From NCBI RefSeq assembly GCF_006345805.1, contig NC_043008.1, forward strand, positions 64,666,001-64,730,000: a stretch of DNA of 64,000 bases, in the 5' to 3' direction. Below the pieces are notes generated by a model that ran no database searches, was not told where the DNA came from, and saw only the letters and a list, made by a program, of their open reading frames with translations. Within the stretch, counting starts at the first letter, position 1. Each line of letters starts with the position of its first letter. Shown one piece after another: positions 40,067-53,626 of the stretch. The DNA comes from Octopus sinensis. Lineage: Eukaryota. The translations under genes were made by a program, and so were the position numbers.

Positions 40067-41379
40067 CTCAGAAGATACAAATGAGATTTTTTGTGAAAAA
40101 TGCAGGCTGAATAGAGCGGGAAGGCTGGTTAATAAATGGCATATGTAATGCTTGGGAGGAGACGACAAGTTCTTCAGTTAGAACGACAAATAGATTGATG
40201 AAGAAGAACTATAGAAATTGAAGTTGGAAATAACAATGTGATGTTGTAAACAAAATAACTTTATCTTCACATAGGTGAGAAATCAATAAAACTTTAAAGT
40301 TAAATAGTTGGCAAACGTTCAAAGCATCATCAAAATTTGGTAAAGACTCAGAGATAGTTTAATTTGGAACAATCGTGAAAGTTTTGTTTTGATATGTCTA
40401 ATTCAGCGAAACTGCTACTGGTGAGGTATGATCGAATGAAATCACAGAGCGTAGATTTCCTTCTTAAGTTGTATCGAAGTGTGTAATCTAACGCTAGTTT
40501 AACGGTTTAGTCGATAGATGTTCCCCGCTCTTAATGATGGTGTCTGGAAGAAAGATGATATGTGATCGTGTCCTTTATTTTACCTAGATTGCTTCAAACA
40601 AATTCAATTGATAAGTAACATAAATGATCTATGGTAAGAAGTCACTTGTACTAGCAATGATTTAAATGTGTATTTGTTATTTAAAATAGATTTCGATGGA
40701 GATCTTATAAGAAATACACACACACTCACTTCTATACGATACGTATGCAAGTATATACGTAGGCGAGTATCTGTGTATGTTTATACATATACAGAGCACA
40801 TACCTACATACTCACATACACACAAGCATATACATATAATATACGCTTGTATGAATATGACTGATTATTTTGTATGTTTATGTGTTATAGACGAATCTCA
40901 TAAATACACATATGCACATAGATTTGTGTGTGTGCGAGCGCGCTCGAAATGACTTTGAGAGACTTGGGTTGACCAGATGGGGAGAATGTCTGAGTAGAGA
41001 CATGTGCTAAGGGGCATATGCTCCTGTAGAAATACTAGTAAACGCAGAGAGGAGTGATACCACGTAAGTGAACTAAATATTTGAATGTGTTGACGAACGA
41101 TTCCGTGCCAGTCACTCGAGAGTACTTTCTTTACACGCCGTTAAAATTGTATCATTCTTCCTTAATAAATCTCATCTCAACTACGTATGTAGTCAGTAGT
41201 TGTCGACGGCAAAAGTTTATGCTGGCCCTGACGAGAAAGGCCAGATTTTATGATGCATACTTTTCTCTGTTAAGAATGTTCTTTCGCGAGAAGTCTCCAG
41301 TAATGAAATCCAAATATTTTTAACTGCCTTGCGAGTTCTATCTGATTTTTGTAGAGGAGTGCCATTCCCTAATGTGTAG

Positions 41380-42560
41380 TAACTATGTGTTTTTGCTGTT
41401 GAAGATATTAAGATTGTTATAACAATATTGGGAGATGTTTTCCAGGCCTCTTTTATGGAGTTCATGCTCATTTGGTGTGAAGTGTTACTTGTTGATGTTA
41501 CAAGATATTTGTAGATAGCGCTTGTGTTTGAAAGTTGAGGAAAGAGTAATATCATCTGAGCAAGAATGGATGTTGGAAATTATGAAAAGTAGATTGGTGA
41601 TGCATAGGGGAAAGGCGTTGGTACCACTGAAGCCTGGAGCGTACAGGAGCTGAGAACGTGTATGTTAGAAATAACTCCAAAGCACACAGGTGACTTTGTG
41701 ATTTGGCGTTAAGCCAGCCATTCAGTAGACGAATGATATACAGAAGCTATTGGCAGGAACCATTTTTCCAGAAAATTTGCTGGCCAGACAAGGAAAAAAT
41801 TATTGCTGATATCAAAGCCAGTGACATAGTTTGCTTTAAGTGTCTTGAGTTGACATATGAGACGGGTTCCCAATACAATTAGTTTTTATGCAAGCTATAC
41901 AGGTCGTATTAAAAGGAAGAACAGACTTGTAAAGCTTTGCAGACTTTTATTGCGAAAACAATATCCCAGTCGTCTTCGAGGATTTGGAAGTGTACGTGAT
42001 AGAATGAAAGTTGGCAAGGTCAAAGTGTTTCACCTTTGTCGAGAATGCGACATATTGAAACGTCTCCTCAAGGATTTACGTAATTCCTATAGAGATATAC
42101 AGAAAGAAGAGTTTAATAAAGCTAAGAGTTTGTTCTCTGGCGCACTGTTTAAGCTAATAATGACATTGCCAATGTTTGTGATCTTCCTGCTTTGAAGCAG
42201 CCTAAATAGTGCATGACATGACATGTGTATGTGGATAGCGTTGAGCATGGAGTAAAGATGGATAGTTGTGAGATTCATGTAGTTATTGAATGAAATGAAG
42301 ATGAAAGCGGATAGCAGTTGTAGAGGAGTACTCCTTACAGAAACACTATAGTTGAAAAGGGGCAAAGAGGAGGGTTCTACAAATTTTGTAGGTATTCTAA
42401 CGGTAAGGGGGATCATAAAAGTCTTTTGTCCTTTGGAAGGCGGAAGTAGTGGATTTAGTATGCAAGGAGGCATTCGTCAGGGTCCGGATAATGGTGTTGC
42501 AGGAATTGTGATCATGAATAAAAGCCGTTAAGATCTTCGGGACAGATGAATTTCTCCAAA
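41380..42560 (-). mobile_element. Highly degenerate CR1-group LINE ORF2 (RT, possible endonuclease remnant)
   Basis: Minus-strand peptides VTGFDISNNFFLVW (cf. xALDISKAFDRVW), CITNLLFIISNIHSCSDDITL (cf. FINDL..IHSYADDTTL) and GLENISQYCYNNLNIFNSKNT (cf. DLxxISxWGxxNLVxFNxxKT). A possible 3' remnant lies at about 40090-40300. Confidence 0.6.
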
Positions 42561-43551
42561 TAATGTAAGCATATTCTTTGCCGGAATTGCGAAATACTCG
42601 GTGTACATGTACGCAGGTACGCGCTTTATATAACATAAAAATAATGCACTAAAATGTAGTGATTTTAAAGCAAACTATTTAAAAATATGCTCAGACTATT
42701 GGAAAAGCTCAGATGACAAAGTATTGTGATATAATTCGAGTTATTTACTCAATGGTATATTCCATTAGCAAAATATTTCTGCAACTTAAGCGATCCTATT
42801 TCCTGGTCGAGTGAATCTACGAATAGATTTTCGGTCCAAACCTCCTGAGATTTAACTACGCGGCTATAAGAAACTTTATCTATCCAAAATTTTGGAATAA
42901 TACATAATTGTATTAAGCCTAACAACGTCAATACCAAAAATTAGATGTTCCATTTATCAGTTTTCTTCTCAATTAAAGGTATGTTTCGAATAAGCCCTTG
43001 CTTTTCTTTTGGGCTCATACAAATCTAAATCTAGAGGGTTGAATTCTATGTTTGATTAAGTTGTTGTTTTGCCCGACATAAGCTCACAAGGTGAGACCTG
43101 TGATCAAAGATGTTCTAGCTCTCAACATTTTGTCATTTTCTTAGGCATAATGCAACTAGGACTGCGTTATCCAAAGCACCGTCACATTTTGAAGGCAATA
43201 ACATGTATAGTTTCTTTGACGTTTATTTCTAGCATGTCAAACGAAAACTTGAAGTTCTCTCATTGATTCGCAGGAAGAAATTTAGGTCTAGTGTTAGAGA
43301 TAATAGAAATAAGGTATAAGAGTATGCAAGATAAAAGAGGAATCTAAGGAATATTGATATGAGCATACGAGCACACGTATACACACTTACACACATACTC
43401 TCTGTCTCTGTCTGTCTCTCTCTCTCACACACACACATACACTCATACGCACATTGTATTGTTTATATATCCGGGAGAAACACAACTCAAAAAATAAATG
43501 GCCGCGTGCTTCGTTCAAACGCACTTAAGAAACTATATATATGTGTATGTA

Positions 43552-43552
43552 C

Positions 43553-43589
<37 letters not shown>

Positions 43590-43645
43590 TGTATGTATGT
43601 ATGTATGTATGTATGTATTTATGCATGTATGTGTGTGTGTATATA
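43552..43645. repeat. (TATG)n microsatellite
   Basis: Direct read. Confidence 0.9.
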
Positions 43646-45415
43646 TGAATGGTTGCATGTATGTGCATGTATATATGGAGACGTACACGCCTACACAGCT
43701 AACACGTACGCCAAGAAAAACACTAACACATTTGTATATACAAAATCGCATCATGTTTATATCGTGCGTATGTGAATGCGGATATATTTCCATTCGCTAG
43801 CTGAATGAATTTCAATGCTGCTTATTCCTCTTAATGGCTCAATTACTTAAAATAAACTGGAATGAAATGAAAATATGGCTTACAAATTGATGAAAATTAT
43901 TTAATTTTCACACAGTTACCGAATGAAATAGCTAATAAATTCGCTAAAAGAAAAGAAATGGAATCCATTATTTTGAACATGATATTTGAATCAATATATT
44001 AGGTTGAGGATTTTATGCAAGAATTATGCACTATTTATCGCTGCCTCTTTTTCAGTTCTAGCAGGAACATAGAATTATTAACGTTTCTTCAAATGGAAAT
44101 GCAACAAAAGAATGTTTACTGAGTTTTGCTGTGGAATGCTTCCATCAGCTATATAGAACCTTCTGCAATTAAAACCATTTAAATGGGTGGATCCCCTTTG
44201 TTAATATATGTGTGCATATAAAATATAAGCCATTGAGGGAATTTTAACAAAACTATTAGAATTGCGAGCAAAGCAGAAACAGAAGTCATATTAAGACATA
44301 ATTAAATTTATTGCGTTTTTGAATAGGAGTTTTTAAATTAGATTTAGGCTTGTGCCGTCTTATTTCATTCTCTTGTTTAGAGTCAGATATTGATTCCTCA
44401 GTTATTTTCTATTCGAAGAATTTATGAACCCACGTTGTAGGTTAACTTAACCTTGTCTTACGTAGGATTGTATTATTATAGTGGATAACGATGTTATCAG
44501 AGCTTCAACTATTTGGACGGATATATAATTCACACATTAGGGCTTCCTTTATTTTATATGGCTGCCTACCTATCTATCTATGCGCACATTTATATAGATA
44601 TGTATGTGTGTGAGTGAGTGTGTGTATATATTTGCGAGAGGTGCGTGTGATTCAACGGTAACGGCTCCATTTATGACACTATCTTACACAAGTGCCAAGA
44701 CGTCCACGATGAATTCATATGCGAATGCAATTTGAGCCTCTATTGATTGTCATGAATTAAGCATTAGTGGAAAATACACATCCTTCTTTTCAAAGACACA
44801 GATCAGCGAAATAACTGTTTCGACTCTACAGTGACGACCGACTGAATCGAACTTCTGTTTGAAAGGCCGATGGCCTATGTACTACCAGTGGTACTTTGCT
44901 ACTAATGTCGATTTGTTAAGTTGCTACAATGCGAAAAATAAATCAATTCAACCTCAGTATTTGATAAGCAGTTATGGTAATAAATCCTTAAGAATTGAAC
45001 GCAATGTTATGCTCGGCGATTTGTATGTGCTTTACTAATTCAGCCCATCAAACAACCTCAAGTCTTTTAAACAGTGAAAGCAAACATAAAATAAACCCTG
45101 GGTGCTATTCAGGTTCCAATTAATAATGATGATTTTTGTTTATAATTAAAATTTTGAATTTAGATGAACCAGGCTGTGAGTGTTTTGCCTGCAGTAAAAT
45201 GTTAATCTTTGTCCGGCGGCCTTATTAATAACCATATTATCTGATAAAATAAAGTTTTAATATCAAACAAATTTTAATCCGCCATATTCTGTTCAATAAC
45301 TTCCAATCCTCTAAACAAATATTATTTTATTGAGATCAAATTCCGCTGACATCGGCTTTGCCTTTTATTATTTCGATTTCGATTAAGTGATAAAATAAGT
45401 ACCTGTCACGTACTG

Positions 45416-45900
45416 AAAATCATAGTTCCAGAGTATCGTTACTTTTCCATCCTCCTGCATAACTTTACTTGGTACATGCTCATAGCAGTTCTCTGATACT
45501 TCATATTGGTATTTACAGCATGAGAGCCAATGAAGATACACACACACTTTATCTTGGCAGCGCTTGTATTCTTCTTTTGCAAGGCTCTCACAACCACTTA
45601 CCACGTGGATCACATTTTCCACACTCTTTCCACAGAGTCTGCATTTCTGGGTGTCAGAAGTTTTATAAAGGCTGTATTACACTTAAGTTCTTGGGTATTC
45701 CTTTCAAACTGTCCATGCATTCTCCTTTCAAGTGTTATATTCTCAAATGCCACAGATTTTACGGTAACTCCTTGCCCTGCCATACAATGCTGTACTCTAG
45801 GTGTCTTTATTCATTCTTATGCCTATCTTTTCCAATGACTTTCCACTGTGTCTGGAGCAGAATATGCACCTTTCTCATTGACCATAGCTCTTTGATCTCT
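45416..45900 (-). mobile_element. R4/Dong-like (RLE-type) non-LTR retrotransposon C-terminal fragment
   Basis: RMHGQFER, then KCRLCGKSVENVIHVVSGCESLAKEEYKRCQDKVCVYLHW..YEHVPSKV..ILWNY. This is the CCHC zinc knuckle plus the RHD-like region preceding the restriction-like endonuclease. Confidence 0.85.
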
Positions 45901-46548
45901 GTCGCCAGAACTTTATATCTCGTTAGTTTCTCCCCTTTTTTGGCTCTGAAAAACTAAATATTATATTTTAAATAAATTAATATCTGAGATTTGTTACGGT
46001 TTCACTTTATAACATATTCCTGTCCGATAACGGTTATCTCATTGCTCTGATTAATTCTTACTACCAAAGAAGCTTTAGCGTTGAATCTATTTTACATATC
46101 CTTCACTGGATTTGCCACCTGATTCAATTTAACCAACCGGTCAGTCTTTATTGAGTTTATTTACATTGAAAAATAACCAAGGGATGTTCATGCCATTTAT
46201 GTTTAATACTTGTTAAGATTGCGTTACTAATCATGTACTTCTTTTTCTAAGGCGGTAAGAAAGTGATTTGATGTCGATTTTGTCTGTCCCTGCCTAACAT
46301 AGAAACTTCTTGAAATTCTTTCATTAGAATGTAGTATGTTTGTTTCTACTCTCGTGGTACTACCTCTTGCTGTTTTTAATTCTCAAATAGCTCTGCGTGT
46401 GCCTAGATATGGGACTACCATCTATTGTGAACAGCTAATATCTATAAGAGAAAACATATCTGTAGAATCTATTAATACTTCTTTATTTCGTACTGCGTTG
46501 TTCAGCTCTTCTTGTACATGTAATTTGAAAATAGATGAGTTCAAGTAT

Positions 46549-46848
46549 GTTAGTTAGTTAGTTAGTTAATTTGGCTCAAAAGCAAATAGCAAGGCCATGT
46601 AGGGGGACATGGAGTTAAGTACAGGGTGGTGTTCATGTAAAGAGTTCAGGCCACTTGAGGTCCAGGGAGGCTTTGAACAAAGCGGTCGTCGGCATCTTCA
46701 CCATCTCGTCTGGCAGCTTGTTCCACGGATCCGCAACCCGGACGGAGAAAGCTCCTCTCCTTCGATTGAGATGAAATCGTCGCAGGTAGAGCTTTTCGGA
46801 ATGACCCCGCAGCCGACGTATGTACTCGTTCCAGTTGCACCACACTAG
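46549..46848 (-). mobile_element. Young 5'-truncated CR1 LINE 3' end with a (TAAC)n tail
   Basis: Uninterrupted RRLRGHSEKL..RRGAFSVRVADPWNKLP..FKASLD* (CR1 ORF2 C-terminus), short 3'UTR, and (GTTA)5 on the plus strand. Confidence 0.9.
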
Positions 46849-47491
46849 ACATATTGAATTTACTTTATATATAACCCCCAATCACGTCTCTTTCATTATC
46901 TCTTCTTGTATAATTTCGTTTGTAAGAATAAACACTACACACTTAAATGAAGACAGCGTCAAAGTAAAGTAGAAAAAAAAAAATTTGCATTTGGTTTACA
47001 CTATTATACTGCCGAGCAGCAACTTCCTTTATCACCATATTCATTCACTACCTTTGTTTCAACTAATTTTCAAATTAATGAACAATTCGGTAAAATAACA
47101 TGGTTATTATTGGTCTGGTGTTTGCAATAAATTAAAGGAAAATTTTGTCTGAAAGTTTTAATCTAGATCAATACAAATTAGCATGATAAAACCAGGACCG
47201 GTCTGATTTAGGTTCGTAAGAAAAGGGTTAATTTTCTTCATTGTCAGGTTTAAAACAACACCAGTGCATATTCTTTGAAAATGCTAAGATTTTATTCTCG
47301 ATTATAGAAACTTCATTTGTAACAAAACTAAATAAACAAATAGATTGAGTCCTAAGTGATTTGTGGTTCTGTACTTCAGAAAAATTATTTTTTTAAAGTT
47401 CATAAATCTGGATGAAGTCTTCTACTAAAGCGAGGAGAGGATATTAACTTTTTGTTTCGAGCCCACTATTTGAAAGATATATATATATATA

Positions 47492-47912
47492 TACTCTTTA
47501 CTCTTTACTCTTTTACTTGTTTCAGTCATTTTGACTGCGGCCATGCTGGAGCACCGCCTTTAGTCGAGCAAATCGATCCCGGGACTTATTCTTTGTAAGC
47601 CCAGTACTTATTCTATCGGTCTCATTTGCCGAACCGCTAAGTGACGGGGATGTAAACACACCAGCATCGATTGTCAAGCAATGCTAGGGGGACAAACACA
47701 GACACACAAACATATACACACACACAAACATATACACACACACTTATATATATATACATATATACGACAGGCTTCTTTCAGTTTCCATCTACCAAATCCA
47801 CTCACAAGGCATTGGTCGGCCCGGGGCTATAGCAGAAGACACTTGCCCAAGATGCCACGCAGTGGGACTGAACCCGGAACCATGTGGTTGGTTAGCAAGC
47901 TAATTACCACAG
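47492..47912 (-). mobile_element. SINE A, near full length
   Basis: Reverse complement of family A; same subfamily variants as 6634-7070. Confidence 0.92.
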
Positions 47913-48452
47913 TGTATTCCTCGCAACTGTTAATATTTAATATGTTGAACAAATGAGTTTACTTACATAAGAAGAAAAACTGCATAATCGATAAATTTTT
48001 TGCCACCATTGTATTACTTCTTGGTAAAGTAGGGAAAGGCAGAGGTAATTACATGTTATTACGTTTTTCAAGACCTCTTCGACTACAAAAATGAAGAGAG
48101 CGAGTTATTCTCAAACCAAGGATCTTTTACATTGTTGATGCAGACTGTACTCCGCTAAACACACAGATAACCAGTGCTAGTTTCAAATAGTGTGACGTAT
48201 TAAGTCTATTATACCAGAATATAGAAAGCAAAGAATCAGAACAGAGAGTGTAAGGCTTCTGACCCGACATTCTAACTGTGCCAATCCCCCATCCCTCTAT
48301 TTGTGAAATTATTTTCAAGACTGAAAGAATGGAAGAAAATTGACCGTAGTGATTTGAACTCACAGCGTAGAGAGCCCCCCCCCACAAAAAAACCATCACC
48401 CTTCAAAAAGTACATTGTTCCTTGCTTTAAAGTCTTTTATTTTATCACAATA

Positions 48453-48849
48453 CTAGCAGTAACGCCCGGCGTTGCTAGGGTTTGTAAAGGAAATAACTAT
48501 ATAACCGTTTTTAGAGATGTAAAGTATAATAGCCATCTCAATATGGCTAACCACAAAGCGGGGGGTTTTACTGTAGCTTTTTACGTTCTGAGATTTAATA
48601 ATAAATTTTTAGAGAGTTACTTTCCTTATATATGCCAAAAATGCATTAAAAATGGGAAAAATTGATGGTAAATTATTTTTAAAATCGTAGACTCATTGTA
48701 GACGCGCGCTAATACCCAGAAGGGCTCGATATGAATCACGACTATAAGATACCCGAATTTGGTTAAACTGCACCGCAAAATGTGGGAGTAGTTAGGAATC
48801 TAAATCGTAAGAGACAGACAGCACACAACCTCACTTTTATATATAAAGA
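48453..48849 (-). mobile_element. Non-autonomous Helitron
   Basis: Minus strand starts A|TCTTTATATATAAAAG and ends with hairpin aacgcc-g-ggcgtt plus CTAG|T; A|T target, no TSD. Confidence 0.85.
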
Positions 48850-49589
48850 TATGAAGAATTAAATTATCCAAAGTGTTCTTCCCTTTTTTTGTAACATGGT
48901 TACGTTTACGTGGGAGTGAAGTTGATTATCATTTATAGCATTTTTAAAGTGATGGCTTAGAAACCTACTTTCAGATTCCTCGTTAATTCACAGACCAGAA
49001 ATCCGTAAGAATTGACGAGTCAGCAGACCCTCACCCTGCATCCTAGAATATATTAGATTTCATCCCAAATACAATGTTTGCAGGGGCTTTTTAACAACCC
49101 AGTAACCCAGAATGTTATATAACTGTTACTTTGTTAACACAGCTACAATAGGGAAATAAAACGAGGAAAAAATGTTTGAAGAACAAAACACCAAAATACC
49201 AATAACACTATTTTTTTTGTTTGTGTAATCATTTGAATTTAATTTATTGTCATTTTATGCAAATACAATCAATAATAAAGACTACAAGGTTTCTACAACA
49301 ATAACAATAATAGAAGACATGCCAATGAAACATAAAAACACGATAATTAATACAGTGACGTTGATTTCCTACATTCTCAAGAGGCTATAAATTTGTAAGA
49401 TAGTTGTTAATTCCATGTTTTAAACTTCATATCGACCACAGAGGAAAACGTATCAAAGGCAAGTGAGATGAGAATTTCAATCAGAACATACGAGTACGAA
49501 ACCGTATGCTGTTAAGAATTTATTTTAAAACTCTACCGTATTTTACCATACTACACTTCTGTAATAAAAAAAAAAAACATTCTAATGTA

Positions 49590-49758
49590 GGCGCAGGCAT
49601 GGCTGTGTGGTTTGCTTCTCCATCTCATAGTTTGGGGTTCAGTACCTCTGCGTGGCATCTTGAGCAAGTGTCTTATACTATAGCTTCGGATCGACCAAAG
49701 CCTAGTGAGTGGATTTGGTAGACGGAAACTAAAAGAAGCCCGTCGTATATATGTATAT

Positions 49759-49835
<77 letters not shown>

Positions 49836-50032
49836 GTGTGTGTGTGTGTGTATGTGTGTGTTCGTGACAATGTTTGTGCCCCACCACTGCTTGACAACTA
49901 GAGTTGATGTGTTTACATAACCGTAACAATGGCGGTTCACCAAACGAGACTGGCAGACTAATTACTAGGCTTGAAAAAATAAGTTCTGGGCTGTATTCGT
50001 TCGACTAAATCCCTCCAAGGTGGTGCCGCAAT
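49590..50032 (+). mobile_element. SINE A, diverged full length
   Basis: Family A pattern with an expanded (TA)(TG) core. Confidence 0.88.
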
Positions 50033-51339
50033 GCAAGACCATAAATTTTAGTAAAGAAAATTTTCGATAAACTGACAGTAATGTTTGATGAGTATTGTTT
50101 TTCATCAACCTAGAAGGTATGAAATGCAAAGTTATGCAGCAGATATCTCTAAATAGAAAACCTGTTGCTCAACAAGTAAATTACGGAGTTTAAAATTTGT
50201 TTCTCGACCTACTAGAAACAGTAGCCAAATTTCCTTTAAATCACGAGCTAATATCATAGAATATATTTTATAGTTACATCTTTGACATAATATAGTTTTG
50301 CCCGATCAGAAATGATCCGATGCTAGACAAGAACAGATGAAAGAACGATGGAGACTGTCTCTTCGAAAAGATGGGTTCGTCGCAGTTGAAATGTATATAG
50401 GTCCAAGGCTGACCTGATGCTAAAGTACAACGATAGTATAGAGAAGAATCACTGATGGAGGATCTATTCAGCCGTCCACAAAATCTTAGAAGAGATTAAA
50501 TAATGAAGGTTGAAATATGAGCTGGCTTTTGATCATACGTCTCATTAAACAAAGATTTACTGAGGCAACAACCACAAAGCAACATCTTTCATTCAGTCGT
50601 GACTCCTCCACAGTTCGAACTTATATACATGCGTAAGATAAACGTAAAAGCTGGTAATAACTTTAGTTTAGTGAGTGCTCGAAATATGTTTACTGCTCTC
50701 GAGAAGGTTGTTTGGAAATAAATCAACAGATTCTGTCAAACGAGATTTATCGGAACGATTTCGCAATAGAAATAGCTAATAGTCCTGAAAAAACCTCTCT
50801 CTGTCTCTCTTTAGGAAATAAATCAATGCAATGAGAAGGAGAACACGTACAACAACAACGACAGCAACAAGAACAACAAAAGCAACAGCAACACCACCAA
50901 CAACAACAATTACAATCTCATCCCGAAAATAACTGACCGTTTGAAGAGTTGACGTCGAGACAAACTTAACTAATGTGGTAGGCGATGAATAGGAGTAAAC
51001 ATTAGAGTTTTGATGTCTAATCTGAAAGCTATTAACTAAGACTGCTGACTCATGTTCGAGCAAATAGCCTATACTCTCACTTTTCATTTTCAAACAGAAA
51101 CGCACATAGACACACACACAACATATACTTAAACATACGTACACATTTGAAACTGATAAAGTGTACTAAAAAAAAACTTTAATTAGGAAAAACAAAGACT
51201 GGACACTTCTGTTTTATAATTATCAGATTATCTTCGAGATAAACGCACGCACATACACATAACATTCACACATAAGCACTTCTGCAAGTATATACTAAAC
51301 ACCAAACTACATACGCACACATACTAACACAAAAACATA

Positions 51340-51341
51340 TG

Positions 51342-51386
<45 letters not shown>

Positions 51387-51508
51387 GAGAGAGATGCATA
51401 AATTGTTTATATAAAAACATACAGATAACTATATATATGTATATATATATATATATTATATATATGTATATATATTTAGTTATCTTATATGCACGTACAC
51501 TTTGTTCT

Positions 51509-51569
<61 letters not shown>

Positions 51570-51790
51570 TATATATATATAAACAAACAGAGAGATGGAT
51601 GAAAAATGCATATGAATATATATATGTACATATATATATTCATGCAAATATATATACATGTATATATAATATACATATATATGTATGTGTGTATATATAC
51701 ACGTGTAATATATATACTATATATATGCATGTGTGTGTGAGTGTGCGCATGTGTCTGTATTTGTTTGCATGATATATATTATATACGTGT
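51340..51790. repeat. Compound (TA)n/(TG)n low-complexity block
   Basis: Direct read. Confidence 0.9.
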
Positions 51791-52510
51791 GTTTGTGTTA
51801 GCATTTGTATGTTTGAGTAAGAAAAACTAGCGTTGAACGCTGATATTAATCACCCGTTGAAATGTATATTGTTTCTCTGAACTTACACCAGTGCTGTGCC
51901 ATCCAATTGGCTTAATGCAACGCGTTTAGTAAACTAAACTTATACACACCTGATACCATGTCGGCAAATTGTCCAATGTCTTAGTATAAAGATAATGTGA
52001 TGGTGGGGGTAATACTACATCAGACATATCAATTAGTAATTTATCTAATCAATAACCGATCGATTGCTTCACTGTAGAAGCTCTTGTTAATTTTTATTCA
52101 CCAATAACCCGAGAATTCGATATTTGAATATCTTAGCTGAAAATAGCAAAAATTGAAAATAAAGAAAATGTAGTACAAATAAAATAAAATGAAATAAAAT
52201 ATAAGATGTCTGGATAAAAAACAAAATAGAAACATATTATGCTGTATCAATCGATCTAACTATTACATATAACTCGCTATAACTAAAAGCTGGCGTTTGT
52301 ATTTAGGCAGTAAACTGAATGGTGTGTTTACTGAGTTAAAATTGAACACTTGGCAAAACTAATGGACGTCTGACTAGCATATGATTCAATGTTGACCGTT
52401 TAGTTCTCAAGAGGTATTTAGGAATATTACTTCTTTGTGAAAGCACAATAGAATGATAATTGCCCTGAGCGATGATGAATATGATAACATCGGTAAACAG
52501 GAGTCAATAA

Positions 52511-52773
52511 GGCGGTGAGCTTGCAGAAACGCTAGCACTACGGGCGAAATGCTTAGCGGTGTTTCGTCTGCCGCTACGTTCTGAGTTCAAATTCCGCCGA
52601 GGTCGACTCTGCCTTTCATCCTTTCGGGGTCGATAAATAAAGTACTAGTTACGCACTGGGGTCTATAAATAAAGTACTAGTTACGCACTGGGGTCGATGT
52701 AATCGACTTAATCCGTTTGTCTGTCCTTGTTTGTCCCCTCTTTGTTTAGCCCCTTGTGGGCAATAAAGAAATA
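52511..52773 (+). mobile_element. SINE B with a 17-bp TSD
   Basis: ggtaaacaggagtcaat at 52492-52508 and 52774-52790; internal duplication of aaataaagtactagttacgcactggggtc. Confidence 0.92.
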
Positions 52774-53625
52774 GGTAAACAGGAGTCAATGTTTCGACTC
52801 CTATTTACTGCTGTTATCCATCATTCTAGCGAAGTTTATTCCCAAGTTCATTGGCGAAAGGGACTCAGCTACCCCGTGTTATTATTCTATATCAGTCCAT
52901 GTTAACTATTGAATGTGGTATAGATTGTTTTCTGCCCTCTGGTTAGTTAATACCACATGTACATCCAGTTGACAATATGTTCAAAAATAAATAGGTGGCG
53001 AGCTGGCAGAAACGTTAGCACGCCGGGCGAAATGCTTAGCGGTATTTCGTCTGCCGCTACGTTCTGAGTTCAAATTCCGCCGAGGTCGACTCTGCCTTTC
53101 ATTCTTTCCGGGTCGATAAATAAAGTACTAGTTACGCACTAGGGTCGATGTAATCGACTTAATCCATTTGTCTGTCCTTGTTTGTCCCCTCTGTGTAGCC
53201 CCTTGTGGGCAGTAAAGAAATATGTATTTCGTCTGCCGCTACGTTCTGAGTTCAAATTCCGCGAAGGTCGACTCTGCCTTTCATCTTTTCGGGGTCGATA
53301 AATAAAGTACTAGTTACGCACTGGGGTCGTTGTAATCGACTTAATCCGCTTGTCTGCTCTTGTTTGTCCCCTCTATGTTTAGCCGCTTGTGGGCAATAAA
53401 GGAATAGGTAAACAGTTGTCAATGTTTCGACTCCTATTTACTGCTGTTATCCATCATTCTAGCGAAGTTCATTCCCAAGTTCATTGGCGAAAGGGGCTCA
53501 GCTATCCCGTGTTATTATTCTATATCAGTCCATGTTAACCATTGAATGTGGTATAGATTGTTTTCTGCCCTCTGGTTAGTTAATACCACATGTACATCCA
53601 GTTGACAATATGTTCAAAAATAAAA
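52774..53625 (+). repeat. Tandem duplication of an ~220-bp unique segment around a dimeric SINE B (52994-53405)
   Basis: 52774-52992 recurs at about 53406-53625 with about 6 substitutions. Confidence 0.9.
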
Positions 53626-53626
53626 A

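Noticed and set aside
46538-46860. Near-inverted flanks of the CR1 fragment (ttcaagtatgt / acatattgaa)
   Set aside because: Short, AT-rich and gapped; likely chance.
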